The notes under the pieces were generated by a model. The model was not told the origin of the DNA. It made no database searches and saw only the letters and a program-made list of their open reading frames with translations. A program made the translations under genes and the position numbers. From the NCBI GenBank assembly GCA_902563505.1, contig CACEXK010000005.1, positions 6,636 to 70,635 on the forward strand: a DNA stretch of 64,000 bases, written 5' to 3'. Shown one piece after another: positions 8,587 through 16,670 of this stretch; within the stretch, counting starts at the first letter, position 1, and every line of letters begins with the position of its first letter. The DNA is from an uncultured Alphaproteobacteria bacterium. GTDB lineage: Bacteria; Pseudomonadota; Alphaproteobacteria; Methylaequorales; Methylaequoraceae.

Positions 8587-9186
8587 CTAGACAATTGGAT
8601 CCAGTTCTTCTGATTTATATTTTTCAAAAAATTCTGATCCTAGAATATTCTTAACTTTCTCCATGGTCATTTCTGAAATTTGTCCACCATAATTTTCATA
8701 ATATTCCTCGCACTTTCTTGAAGCAGCACTGGCGACACCCTGAGTTATAAACTCATTTTCAACAGCTGTTCTGGCTCTTGTTGTGGCTTCAGATTTTGCT
8801 TTAGTTAATCTTCCCATCGCTGAATTTTTTTTTCTATTGAGATCATCCACAACTTCCATTAGTTGTTTATATGTTGGATCCGGAACATTTAGATTAATAA
8901 ATTGTCCGTCAACATCATAATCAAAGTTTATTTCATCAATTTGCTCTGTAAGAATTTCGATATGGTCAGTGTTAAATACTAACAATTGAAGTTTGTGTGG
9001 GTCATCCGTTTTTTTTAAATCTGCGATGTCCACAAGCCTTCTTGGCTTACCTTGGATATTGATTCTGATGTTTTTGATTATAGTTAGGTTTGCATCAGTA
9101 GATTTAACATCTTTAAGAACTTCAGCATAGTCTTCTACAGCTGCTTTCATTAAGTTTTCAGCTTGGTCAGAATATTTTTCAGCCAT
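8587..9186 (-). CDS. Divergent ribosome recycling factor (RRF)-like paralog lacking RRF signature residues
   Basis: Aligns by eye over nearly its full length to recalled E. coli RRF with about two small indels; RTGRA, PPLTEERR and RNVRR are replaced by KSTDA, PDPTYKQL and TKAKS. Confidence 0.75.
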   Translation of the reverse strand: MAEKYSDQAENLMKAAVEDYAEVLKDVKSTDANLTIIKNIRINIQGKPRRLVDIADLKKTDDPHKLQLLVFNTDHIEILTEQIDEINFDYDVDGQFINLNVPDPTYKQLMEVVDDLNRKKNSAMGRLTKAKSEATTRARTAVENEFITQGVASAASRKCEEYYENYGGQISEMTMEKVKNILGSEFFEKYKSEELDPIV

Positions 9187-9219
9187 TTAAATTACCTTCT
9201 AAATATTTTTTATTTTAAT

Positions 9220-10005
9220 TTACACTAAAGCTTCTTTATTTTCACTAACAATGTTTTGATTTTCTTCTTTAGTTTCAACTTCTTTTTTTGAATCATCTTC
9301 AATGATAGGATCTTCGAGCCTTGAATACATAAACCTTGATTTGGGATCAAGCATTCTAATAATCTTATGAGCTTCATCCATCGACTTTGCAGCAAGTTTC
9401 ATTGAAAAAACCTTTCCCTCAAGCATAGAAAAGCTATATAAAAGGTTTAGTTGTGCCTGATAGCAGTAAAGTGATGTTAGAACCCAACCTAATAAGAACA
9501 TGTAAACATTTACAGCTAAAAGTAGTCCACTCATATTTAAGAAGAGAAAAAGCACCCACCACTTTTTTGAATAAGATAACCACAATGGCGGAAATAAACC
9601 AGCAGAAAGAGCTTTAGAATTTTCATGAATATCGTATCTTCTGTAAACATCTCTCATTGCTACATAATCTTTTAACTGGTCTAAATCAAAATTTTCTTTA
9701 GAAGAAAAACTCTTTTTTATATTCTCAGTTTCTTCAACATTTGTTGTTAAAAATTTACATCCAAGACTTCCAGTAATAATTATATCAAAAAATACATTAT
9801 CTCTAAGCACAGTTAAAATTGCTTTCTGGTTATCTTTCTTGAGTTCTCTTAGTTCCTCAGTCAGTCTTTTTTCGCCATAAATATAAAAGTCATTATTTAT
9901 AGCAACAATTACATCATCGGGTTTTAACATAAGAGAGGAGGCATAGCTTCCTTTTCTAATCTTATCAATTTTTATTAAGAAATTATTTTCCTTATTTTCT
10001 GACAT
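9220..10005 (-). CDS. PDZ-like domain fused to a DUF2628-like membrane domain
   Basis: IDKIRKGSYASSLMLKPDDVIVAINN matches the PDZ core pattern; LFPPLWLSYSKKWWVLF...LLGWVL hydrophobic DUF2628-like block. Confidence 0.6.
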   Translation of the reverse strand: MSENKENNFLIKIDKIRKGSYASSLMLKPDDVIVAINNDFYIYGEKRLTEELRELKKDNQKAILTVLRDNVFFDIIITGSLGCKFLTTNVEETENIKKSFSSKENFDLDQLKDYVAMRDVYRRYDIHENSKALSAGLFPPLWLSYSKKWWVLFLFLNMSGLLLAVNVYMFLLGWVLTSLYCYQAQLNLLYSFSMLEGKVFSMKLAAKSMDEAHKIIRMLDPKSRFMYSRLEDPIIEDDSKKEVETKEENQNIVSENKEALV

Positions 10006-10010
10006 TGGAC

Positions 10011-10736
10011 TTAAGGAAAGGTAATGCTTTCTTTTTGATCTGTAATTTCTCTAACAAGAAGTTTATTTTGACTTGAAATAGCTTCAAGTGCAGCGTTTAA
10101 TGACGATGTACTATTTGACAATTCCTTCAATAATTTTGTATTTTGATTTTTCTTATTAGCTTCAATCATTTTCCCTAATTCTTTATTTAATTTTGCAGAT
10201 GTTACTACTCCTGACTCAGCAATTGATTTACCTAATTTATCAGATTCTTCTTTGATAGACTGCGAAAGACCATTTGATAGATTAGAAATTTCTTTTGACA
10301 GATTAACCATTAGATTCTTATCATTAGCTTTTATTGCATCGGATAATTCTATTAAGGCATCCTGAATCTTGGTATTTGCGCTAACTAAATCACTATGATT
10401 TGCCAAGCTTGAATTCATATTTTCTACTGCCTTATTTACATTTTCAACATTTTCTGCAAACACGACAAGCGCTTCTCTGCTTGTATTAGTCATATCTTCT
10501 AGTTCAGACAATGATTTAAAATAAAGTAGACCTGTTAGAATTATTGCTATTACAGCTGTAGCTATTGAGCTGGAAAAAACAATAGTTGTATATTTATGTA
10601 TCTCTTTCACTTTTTGCTCCGCTTTAATATGTTCATTTTTGATTCTTTTATATTCTGATGTTACATCTGTTGCAGCATCAGCGGCATCTAAAGCAATTTT
10701 AATGCTTTCTTGCATTGCATTAATTTGTTGGTTCAT
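10011..10736 (-). CDS. Single-TM coiled-coil protein of unknown function
   Basis: N-terminal helix IALDAADAA, TM at about aa 50-73, long heptad-rich C-terminal region. Confidence 0.7.
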   Translation of the reverse strand: MNQQINAMQESIKIALDAADAATDVTSEYKRIKNEHIKAEQKVKEIHKYTTIVFSSSIATAVIAIILTGLLYFKSLSELEDMTNTSREALVVFAENVENVNKAVENMNSSLANHSDLVSANTKIQDALIELSDAIKANDKNLMVNLSKEISNLSNGLSQSIKEESDKLGKSIAESGVVTSAKLNKELGKMIEANKKNQNTKLLKELSNSTSSLNAALEAISSQNKLLVREITDQKESITFP

Positions 10737-10936
10737 GCAAGTCTTCCTTTTTTTTTTGTAATATTAACATTTTTTTCTTTTTTTTGAAATAGTGCACAAT
10801 TTATGCCAGAAATTGATTTTACTTCCAAATAAGGATTTTTTTTTGAAATTATACCAAATGCTCTACAACCATAGGGAAATCTTTGCTTGTAGGTCACATA
10901 GAAATGCAAACATTTATTGCATGCCGTATTATTCAT
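10733..10936 (-). CDS. Small four-cysteine putative metal-binding protein
   Basis: C6-x2-C9...C24...C47 (CNKCLHFYVTY..FPYGCRAFG...SGINC); ATGA overlaps at both ends. Confidence 0.7.
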   Translation of the reverse strand: MNNTACNKCLHFYVTYKQRFPYGCRAFGIISKKNPYLEVKSISGINCALFQKKEKNVNITKKKGRLA

Positions 10937-11145
10937 TTAATTCTCTTCTCTTTAATTTTTTTAACAAACTTTGCAATTTGAAATCTTATAGCCCCAAGAA
11001 AAGAAGTTAAAGCACAAAACCAAAGAAAAATTGCTAAGAGAATTTCTTCACTTTTTAAAAGTTCTAATGCTTTAAAATGGCAAACTATCGCACTGTAGAA
11101 AAAAGCAAAAGTAACAATTAATTGTGAAAAATTTCTATTGAACAT
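10933..11145 (-). CDS. Small two-helix membrane protein
   Basis: Likely ATG at 11145 (alternatives 11157, 11166), overlapping the flhB end; two hydrophobic helices and a basic tail. Confidence 0.6.
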   Translation of the reverse strand: MFNRNFSQLIVTFAFFYSAIVCHFKALELLKSEEILLAIFLWFCALTSFLGAIRFQIAKFVKKIKEKRIK

Positions 11146-12289
11146 TCTGTTTTCCATTTTCGTCAAAAATTAAATCCTCGGGAACCTCGATTTCTGGTTT
11201 TTCAATTTCTTCTCCATTATTAACTTTATAAATATAAGCAAGAGCTATAGCAACAGCATTATAAAGTTTGCTTAGAATTTCATCACCAATTTCACATGTA
11301 AAATATAATGCTCTTGCAAGTATTGGACTTCTCATATTGCCAATATTCAATTTTTTAGCCTTATCTATAATTAATTCTGCATTCTTACCTCTTCCTTTTG
11401 CCACTATTACAGGTGCATTTGAATCTCCAACTTCATATTTAAGAGCTACAGCAAAATGTGTGGGGTTTGTAATAATAGCAGTTGCTTCGTTTAGATTATC
11501 AATTGACGAAGTTTCTTTTCTGGTTTTAGAAGCTGCCGCCATTTGTAGTTTTCTTATTTTATTTTTTACTTCTGGTTGTCCATCTGTATCTTTGTACTCA
11601 TCTTTTATGTCTTGATGAGACATTCTTAAAGATTTGATATAATCATACTTTTGCCATGCAAAGTCTAAAGCAGCTATAAAAAAAAGAACAACAAGTAGAG
11701 CAATGACTAAGATTGGAAAGAATGATACAAGTCTATTTAATGCTGAAAATAAGTTTGCTTCACTTATATGCACTAAATCCGGCAAATATTTAATAAATAC
11801 AAAATAACCAACAATACCTAAAAAAAAGACTTTTATTAGAGCTTTTACTAATTCAACGAGACCTTTTGTAGAAAATATTCTTTTTAGACCAGTTATTGGA
11901 TTCATCTTTGAGGCTTTCCAATGTATTGCTTTAAAGGAAAAATTTAATCCATCTCCCATCAAAAATTGAGAGATTATACAAATAAAAATCAATGGTGTAG
12001 AAAAAATCACTGTTACCTTTATAACAAAATTTATTGCAACTGCTATTGAAGCTATAGGTGAACGACCAGCAACAAGTTCAGGGCCAAAACTAAAAAATGA
12101 TTGAGTTATTTTTAAGAAGTCTTCAATCAAGGGAGGGAAAACATACATCAAAATAACTCCAACTGTTAAAATGGTAAATACTTGGACTTCTTTTGAAGTT
12201 ACGACTTTACCATCTTCTCGTGCTTTTTGAATTCTCCTGGATGTCGGGTCCTGGGTCTTTTCCTGACTTTCGTCTTTATCTTCTGCCAT
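11135..12289 (-). CDS. flhB: Flagellar export switch protein FlhB
   Basis: EKTQDPTSRRIQKAREDG, NPTH autocleavage site, LARALY. Confidence 0.97.
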   Translation of the reverse strand: MAEDKDESQEKTQDPTSRRIQKAREDGKVVTSKEVQVFTILTVGVILMYVFPPLIEDFLKITQSFFSFGPELVAGRSPIASIAVAINFVIKVTVIFSTPLIFICIISQFLMGDGLNFSFKAIHWKASKMNPITGLKRIFSTKGLVELVKALIKVFFLGIVGYFVFIKYLPDLVHISEANLFSALNRLVSFFPILVIALLVVLFFIAALDFAWQKYDYIKSLRMSHQDIKDEYKDTDGQPEVKNKIRKLQMAAASKTRKETSSIDNLNEATAIITNPTHFAVALKYEVGDSNAPVIVAKGRGKNAELIIDKAKKLNIGNMRSPILARALYFTCEIGDEILSKLYNAVAIALAYIYKVNNGEEIEKPEIEVPEDLIFDENGKQNVQ

Positions 12290-13111
12290 TTAAATACCTG
12301 AAATAAAAAGTGTTTCTATTGATTCAAGTGAGTTTTTTGTTAACTCAGCAAATCCATTACCAATTGTCCTTGTTGATAAATAAAGAACAAAAAATGCTAA
12401 AAGAAGAGTTACCGGAAAAGCAAATGAAAACATATTTAATTGAGGTGAAGATCTGGTGATTACACCAATGGCAATATTTGCCATTAAAAGAGCTCCAACT
12501 ACAGGTAACATAATAAGTCCTCCTGTATAAAACATTGCTCCAGCAGCTTCAATACCCAAACCTACAAGTTGAAATGGTGGTAATTGACCATCAATTTTAT
12601 ATATATCAAAGCTTTTGATCAAAAAATCTATTGCAATAAGATGTCCATTGAGAGATAAGAAAATTGTTATTAAAAATAGATCTAGAATAATACTTACAAC
12701 TGGTGTTTGTCCTCCAGTTTCAGGATCCACCATCTGAGAAAAACCTAGTCCAGTTGAGGATGCCATTTTCTCTCCTGCAATTGTTGCTGCACTGAACCAT
12801 ATACTTAAGGTAAGACCCAATGAGATGCCGATAATCAGTTCAACAATAATAATAGAAAAAATATTTTCGATCACATATGTTGTAATGCTTGTTTCAGAAA
12901 TATAACCAAAATAAAAAAATGAAATTACCATCGCAAAAACAATTTTTGCATTTAATGGAATATTTTTTGAACCAAGAAATGGGCTTGAAATTAAAAATGC
13001 GGAGAGTCTTAAAGATGATAAAAAGAACGCAAACAAATATTCGATCAGAGAATTTAACTCTAAGCCAGGCAAGCTATTCATAGTTGAATAGAAGGGCAGG
13101 GGAATAAACAT
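12290..13111 (-). CDS. fliR: Flagellar export protein FliR
   Basis: Multi-TM; GLGFSQMVDP, LNGHL, RSSPQLNMFSFAFP. Confidence 0.95.
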   Translation of the reverse strand: MFIPLPFYSTMNSLPGLELNSLIEYLFAFFLSSLRLSAFLISSPFLGSKNIPLNAKIVFAMVISFFYFGYISETSITTYVIENIFSIIIVELIIGISLGLTLSIWFSAATIAGEKMASSTGLGFSQMVDPETGGQTPVVSIILDLFLITIFLSLNGHLIAIDFLIKSFDIYKIDGQLPPFQLVGLGIEAAGAMFYTGGLIMLPVVGALLMANIAIGVITRSSPQLNMFSFAFPVTLLLAFFVLYLSTRTIGNGFAELTKNSLESIETLFISGI

Positions 13112-13377
13112 TATTTTATTCCTGAAATAGTATCAAAGATGAATTCAAAATAGTCAGTCAAGCTTACTAGAAAGAAATTTGCAAATATACCCATTGCAAA
13201 GATTACCAATACAATTTTTGGAACAAAACTAAGTGTCATCTCTTGAATTGATGTTGCAGCTTGAACAATTCCAATTATAAGACCGATAGCTAGTGCTGCA
13301 CCAAGAAATGGGCCACTTGAAATTAAAACTTGATAAAAAGCTAATCTTACCATTTCTACATTTTCATCAAATCCCAT
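13111..13377 (-). CDS. fliQ: Flagellar export protein FliQ
   Basis: IGIVQAATSIQEMTLSFVPK. Confidence 0.97.
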   Translation of the reverse strand: MGFDENVEMVRLAFYQVLISSGPFLGAALAIGLIIGIVQAATSIQEMTLSFVPKIVLVIFAMGIFANFFLVSLTDYFEFIFDTISGIK

Positions 13378-13392
13378 CTTATCACCTCATTT

Positions 13393-14139
13393 TTAAGAAA
13401 AAGTTCCAACTAAAGATCCAACAGTCATTGACCATCCATCAACTAGTACAAAAAGTAAAAGTTTAAACGGAAGAGCAATTAACATTGGTGAAAGCATCAT
13501 CATCCCCAGAGACATTAGAACTGAAGCAACAACCATATCAATAACTAAAAAAGGTAAGAAAAGTAAAAAACCAATTTGAAAAGCAGTCTTCAACTCGCTT
13601 GTCATATATGCTGGAAGCACAATGTAGAAGGGTATTTGAGAATTATCAACGAAGTTTCCTTTTTCAGCCATATCTGCAAACATCAATAGATCATTTTTTC
13701 TTGTATTTCTTATCATGAACTCTTTCAATTCTCCGCCGCCAGTTTGAATTGCCTCATCCAATTTCATCTCACCATTTTGGTAAGGTCCTGAAACTGAAGA
13801 ATAAATTTTGTCGAATGTTGGAGCCATAACAAAAAAAGTCAAAAATAAAGAAATAGCAATTAATATTTGATTAGGTGGTGTTTGCTGAGTCCCTAAAGCT
13901 TGTCTGAGTATTGACATCACAATTATTATTCTTGTAAATGCAGTCATTCCCAAAACTAAAGATGGTAAAATTGTTAATGCTGTCATTAAAGCTAAAATTT
14001 TTAATGAAATGGAATATGTTTTTTCTCCATTAGCTGACTCAGATATTGTAAGAGCTTCCAATCCACTCGGTGCAGTTTGTGCTAAAATAAGTGTTGGAAA
14101 AACAATTAAAAAGGAAAAAACTAAGCTAAACTTTTTCAT
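13393..14139 (-). CDS. fliP: Flagellar export protein FliP
   Basis: TAFTRIIIVMSILRQALGTQQTPPNQ, SELKTAFQIGF, LPFKLLLFVLVDGW. Confidence 0.98.
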   Translation of the reverse strand: MKKFSLVFSFLIVFPTLILAQTAPSGLEALTISESANGEKTYSISLKILALMTALTILPSLVLGMTAFTRIIIVMSILRQALGTQQTPPNQILIAISLFLTFFVMAPTFDKIYSSVSGPYQNGEMKLDEAIQTGGGELKEFMIRNTRKNDLLMFADMAEKGNFVDNSQIPFYIVLPAYMTSELKTAFQIGFLLFLPFLVIDMVVASVLMSLGMMMLSPMLIALPFKLLLFVLVDGWSMTVGSLVGTFS

Positions 14140-14455
14140 TGCTCAGCCTTTTCTCAAAAACTTTATCTAGATTTGTAGTTTTTACTTTATTCTGAGTTTT
14201 AATTTCTGTTAGTAAAGCTCCAGAGTTTTTTCCAGAAATAAAAAGAAAATCTTTTTCATCCAGGTTAAGAATTAAAGCTCTATCACCTTGACCCAACATC
14301 GTGACTTCCGAGACTTTCATTCTCCTTTTCGAATTTAACTTTTTTGTTATTACATGCTTATTTTTTTTTAAATAGTAAAAACCTATAAACATGACAAATA
14401 AGAAACCCAAAACAACCATATAATTGGCTAAACTTGGTCCTGTATATTCTTGCAT
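14126..14455 (-). CDS. fliO: Flagellar protein FliO
   Basis: One N-terminal TM plus MKVSEVTMLGQGDRALIL; located between fliN and fliP. Confidence 0.8.
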   Translation of the reverse strand: MQEYTGPSLANYMVVLGFLFVMFIGFYYLKKNKHVITKKLNSKRRMKVSEVTMLGQGDRALILNLDEKDFLFISGKNSGALLTEIKTQNKVKTTNLDKVFEKRLSNEKV

Positions 14456-14484
14456 AATGCCTCTCTAGTTATTTAGCTTAGAGA

Positions 14485-14500
14485 TGCAAGAACCTTGCCG
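14485..14500 (-). promoter_or_regulatory. sigma54 (-24/-12) promoter of fliOPQR-flhB and the tail genes
   Basis: Minus strand CGGCAAGGTTCTTGCA, correct spacing. Confidence 0.75.
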
Positions 14501-14563
14501 ATGCCCAAGTTAATCTATTAAGTTATTGATTATATTGATAAAAAAATAATAACAATTTTGTAT

Positions 14564-14577
14564 GTCAATTTAATGGC
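14564..14577. promoter_or_regulatory. FleQ-box-like upstream activator site of the fliO promoter
   Basis: GTCAATTTAATGGC (GTCA-N6-TGgC), roughly 95 nt upstream of the predicted start site. Confidence 0.5.
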
Positions 14578-14578
14578 G

Positions 14579-14998
14579 TTATAGATTTTCTACCATTTCT
14601 TCAACACTAGCGACTTCAGTAAATCTTATGCCAAACTTTTCTCCAACCATGACAACTTCTCCTTTGGCAATTTTGGTTCCGTTTGCTAAAATATCTAAAG
14701 GTTCACCAGCAAGTCTTTCTAATTCAACTACAGAACCTTCATTAAGTCTTAACAAATCCTTAATTTTTATTTCTGTGTTTCCAACTTCAACTGTTAGTCT
14801 AACCTCAATATTTTCAAGAACTTTAAGATTGTGAACGGCAGCTGAGCCTTTCTCAGCCATCTTTTTCTTTTCATTCTTTTCAGGCGTAGCTTCTGGGCTA
14901 GCTTTTGCTTCGGCTTCTTCAGGCTTTTTTTCTTCAGGATTATCCTGCTTAATTTCTTCAGAAGGTTTGTTTTCTTTTTCTGCTGTCTCTGCGTTCAT
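14579..14998 (-). CDS. fliN: Flagellar motor switch protein FliN
   Basis: IEVRLTVEVG, LAGEPLDILANG, GEVVMVGEKFGIR. Confidence 0.97.
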   Translation of the reverse strand: MNAETAEKENKPSEEIKQDNPEEKKPEEAEAKASPEATPEKNEKKKMAEKGSAAVHNLKVLENIEVRLTVEVGNTEIKIKDLLRLNEGSVVELERLAGEPLDILANGTKIAKGEVVMVGEKFGIRFTEVASVEEMVENL

Positions 14999-15008
14999 TT
15001 TCTACTCC

Positions 15009-15986
15009 TTAATTTAATCTTTTTGTTAATCTTACGCAAGCATTGCCTTTAATTTCGCCCATCTCTGCTTTAAAATATTTCTGATTACTTACATAAAAAT
15101 CACAGGTTTCGTCAACATTAATATTTAATGTATCGCCATTCTTAATTTTTAATAATTTTGACATGGGGACGATGGGCTCAGATAAATTGCTGTTTACTTT
15201 AAGTGGTACTTCAAGAACTGCCTTTTCAAGTTTATCTCTCCATGACATACTTGATTCAACAACATCTGATTGAACTCTCGACCTTAAAAGAGATGAAACT
15301 GGTTTAAGAGTTTGAAGTGGATATACTATATCAAAAGACATTGAATCAACTTTTGGTAACTGCATTACAAATGAACATACAATTATAAGATCAGATGATT
15401 CAACAAATGCAGCGAATTGTGGATTTTGCTCTCTACTATGAAATTTTATTGAAATTGGAGTAAGATCCTTCCAACATTGTTCAAGAATCTCAGTAATTCC
15501 ACCGTTAATTACTTCAATTATTTTTTCTTCTGTGGATGTAAATTCCGTTCTTGAATTATTGGTTACTTCTATTTTTCCACCATATCTGCTACTAGTACAC
15601 AAGTTTACAAAGCTCGGAGGTAAAACAGTAAGCATGGAGCCTCTTAGTTCTTCAATTCTACTATTTGTCATACTCATAAATGCGTCCAATCCAGAACTAT
15701 ATTCTTCAAAAGTTTTAACTTCAGGAGGAAAAGAACTTATCCTTGGCTGAACTCTTAATAATGGTAAAAACACACTTCGAACTGTTCTTGCAAATCTTTC
15801 GTTTATAATTCTTAGTGCATAATAATCTCCAAGAAGTGATAAATCATCCGATCCAAAATTGAAGGTCTTATACTCTACTTCACTACCATCTCGAACTGAT
15901 GTTGAGGCACTTAAATCACCTGACTTAAGTCCTTCCATCAAGGCATTGACTTCTTCTGATGATAATTTTCTAGAAGGTTCTGCCAT
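15009..15986 (-). CDS. fliM: Flagellar motor switch protein FliM
   Basis: LSSEEVNALM (CheY-binding-type N-terminus), INERFAR, C-terminal SpoA-like domain. Confidence 0.95.
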   Translation of the reverse strand: MAEPSRKLSSEEVNALMEGLKSGDLSASTSVRDGSEVEYKTFNFGSDDLSLLGDYYALRIINERFARTVRSVFLPLLRVQPRISSFPPEVKTFEEYSSGLDAFMSMTNSRIEELRGSMLTVLPPSFVNLCTSSRYGGKIEVTNNSRTEFTSTEEKIIEVINGGITEILEQCWKDLTPISIKFHSREQNPQFAAFVESSDLIIVCSFVMQLPKVDSMSFDIVYPLQTLKPVSSLLRSRVQSDVVESSMSWRDKLEKAVLEVPLKVNSNLSEPIVPMSKLLKIKNGDTLNINVDETCDFYVSNQKYFKAEMGEIKGNACVRLTKRLN

Positions 15987-16003
15987 TTTTCAATCCCATA
16001 TTT

Positions 16004-16642
16004 TTATTGTAATACAAACGATGTGAAATGTACATTTTCAACTCCACCGAAACCTTCAACTTTAACTAATGTTTCATTGATACCTTCTTTTAAAGCATCT
16101 GCAAGTTTTTGTTTTCCCTCTCTACCTGCAATATCCTCTGGAGAGAAAGTAGACATAATTGTTAATATTTCCGATCTCAAAGCTAACTGATGACTATCAA
16201 CATTTTCCATAACAGTTTCATCGTATTGTGTTGAAACACCAACTGAGATCTGTAAAAATCTTTTAGATCCCTTAAGATTTGTAGTGAAATTTCCTGGAAA
16301 TTCATAGTAGGTTGTAGCGAAGATTTCTTCTTCAGGAGTTATTTTAGGAATTTTTTTTGGACCTACGGGGCAGTTACCTTCTGCATCCTTCTCTTCTTCA
16401 GCACATTCTTCGGCAACTTCTCCAGAATCCGCAGATTCTTCATCTTCCTTATTTTTTGATTCAGGATTTTCTTTTTTTTCTATTATTTGAGATATTTCTG
16501 TTGATGGATCTGAAGATTCTCCTCCGCCAACAAGAATACCAATACCAAGGCCTGCGCCAAGTAATACTATTCCTCCGACAATCATTAAGATGAGTTTTAT
16601 AGGACTCTTTTTCCCATTTTCTTCATTATTTTCTTCAGCCAT
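16004..16642 (-). CDS. fliL: Flagellar basal body protein FliL
   Basis: Single TM; FTTNLKGSKRFLQISVGV; NVHFTSFVLQ. Confidence 0.92.
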   Translation of the reverse strand: MAEENNEENGKKSPIKLILMIVGGIVLLGAGLGIGILVGGGESSDPSTEISQIIEKKENPESKNKEDEESADSGEVAEECAEEEKDAEGNCPVGPKKIPKITPEEEIFATTYYEFPGNFTTNLKGSKRFLQISVGVSTQYDETVMENVDSHQLALRSEILTIMSTFSPEDIAGREGKQKLADALKEGINETLVKVEGFGGVENVHFTSFVLQ

Positions 16643-16670
16643 CTTTACTCCTTTTAATTATTCTAATTGT

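Noticed and set aside
8587-9186. Calling this gene the housekeeping frr
   Set aside because: All RRF signature motifs are missing and the context is not tsf-pyrH-frr-uppS, so it is reported as a paralog without a gene symbol.
10733-10936. Uracil-DNA glycosylase label
   Set aside because: 67 aa, with no UDG catalytic motifs.
14478-14504. sigma28-like GCCGAT element
   Set aside because: No TAAA -35 at the 15-nt spacing, it points antisense to fliN, and it is explained by the overlapping sigma54 motif on the other strand.
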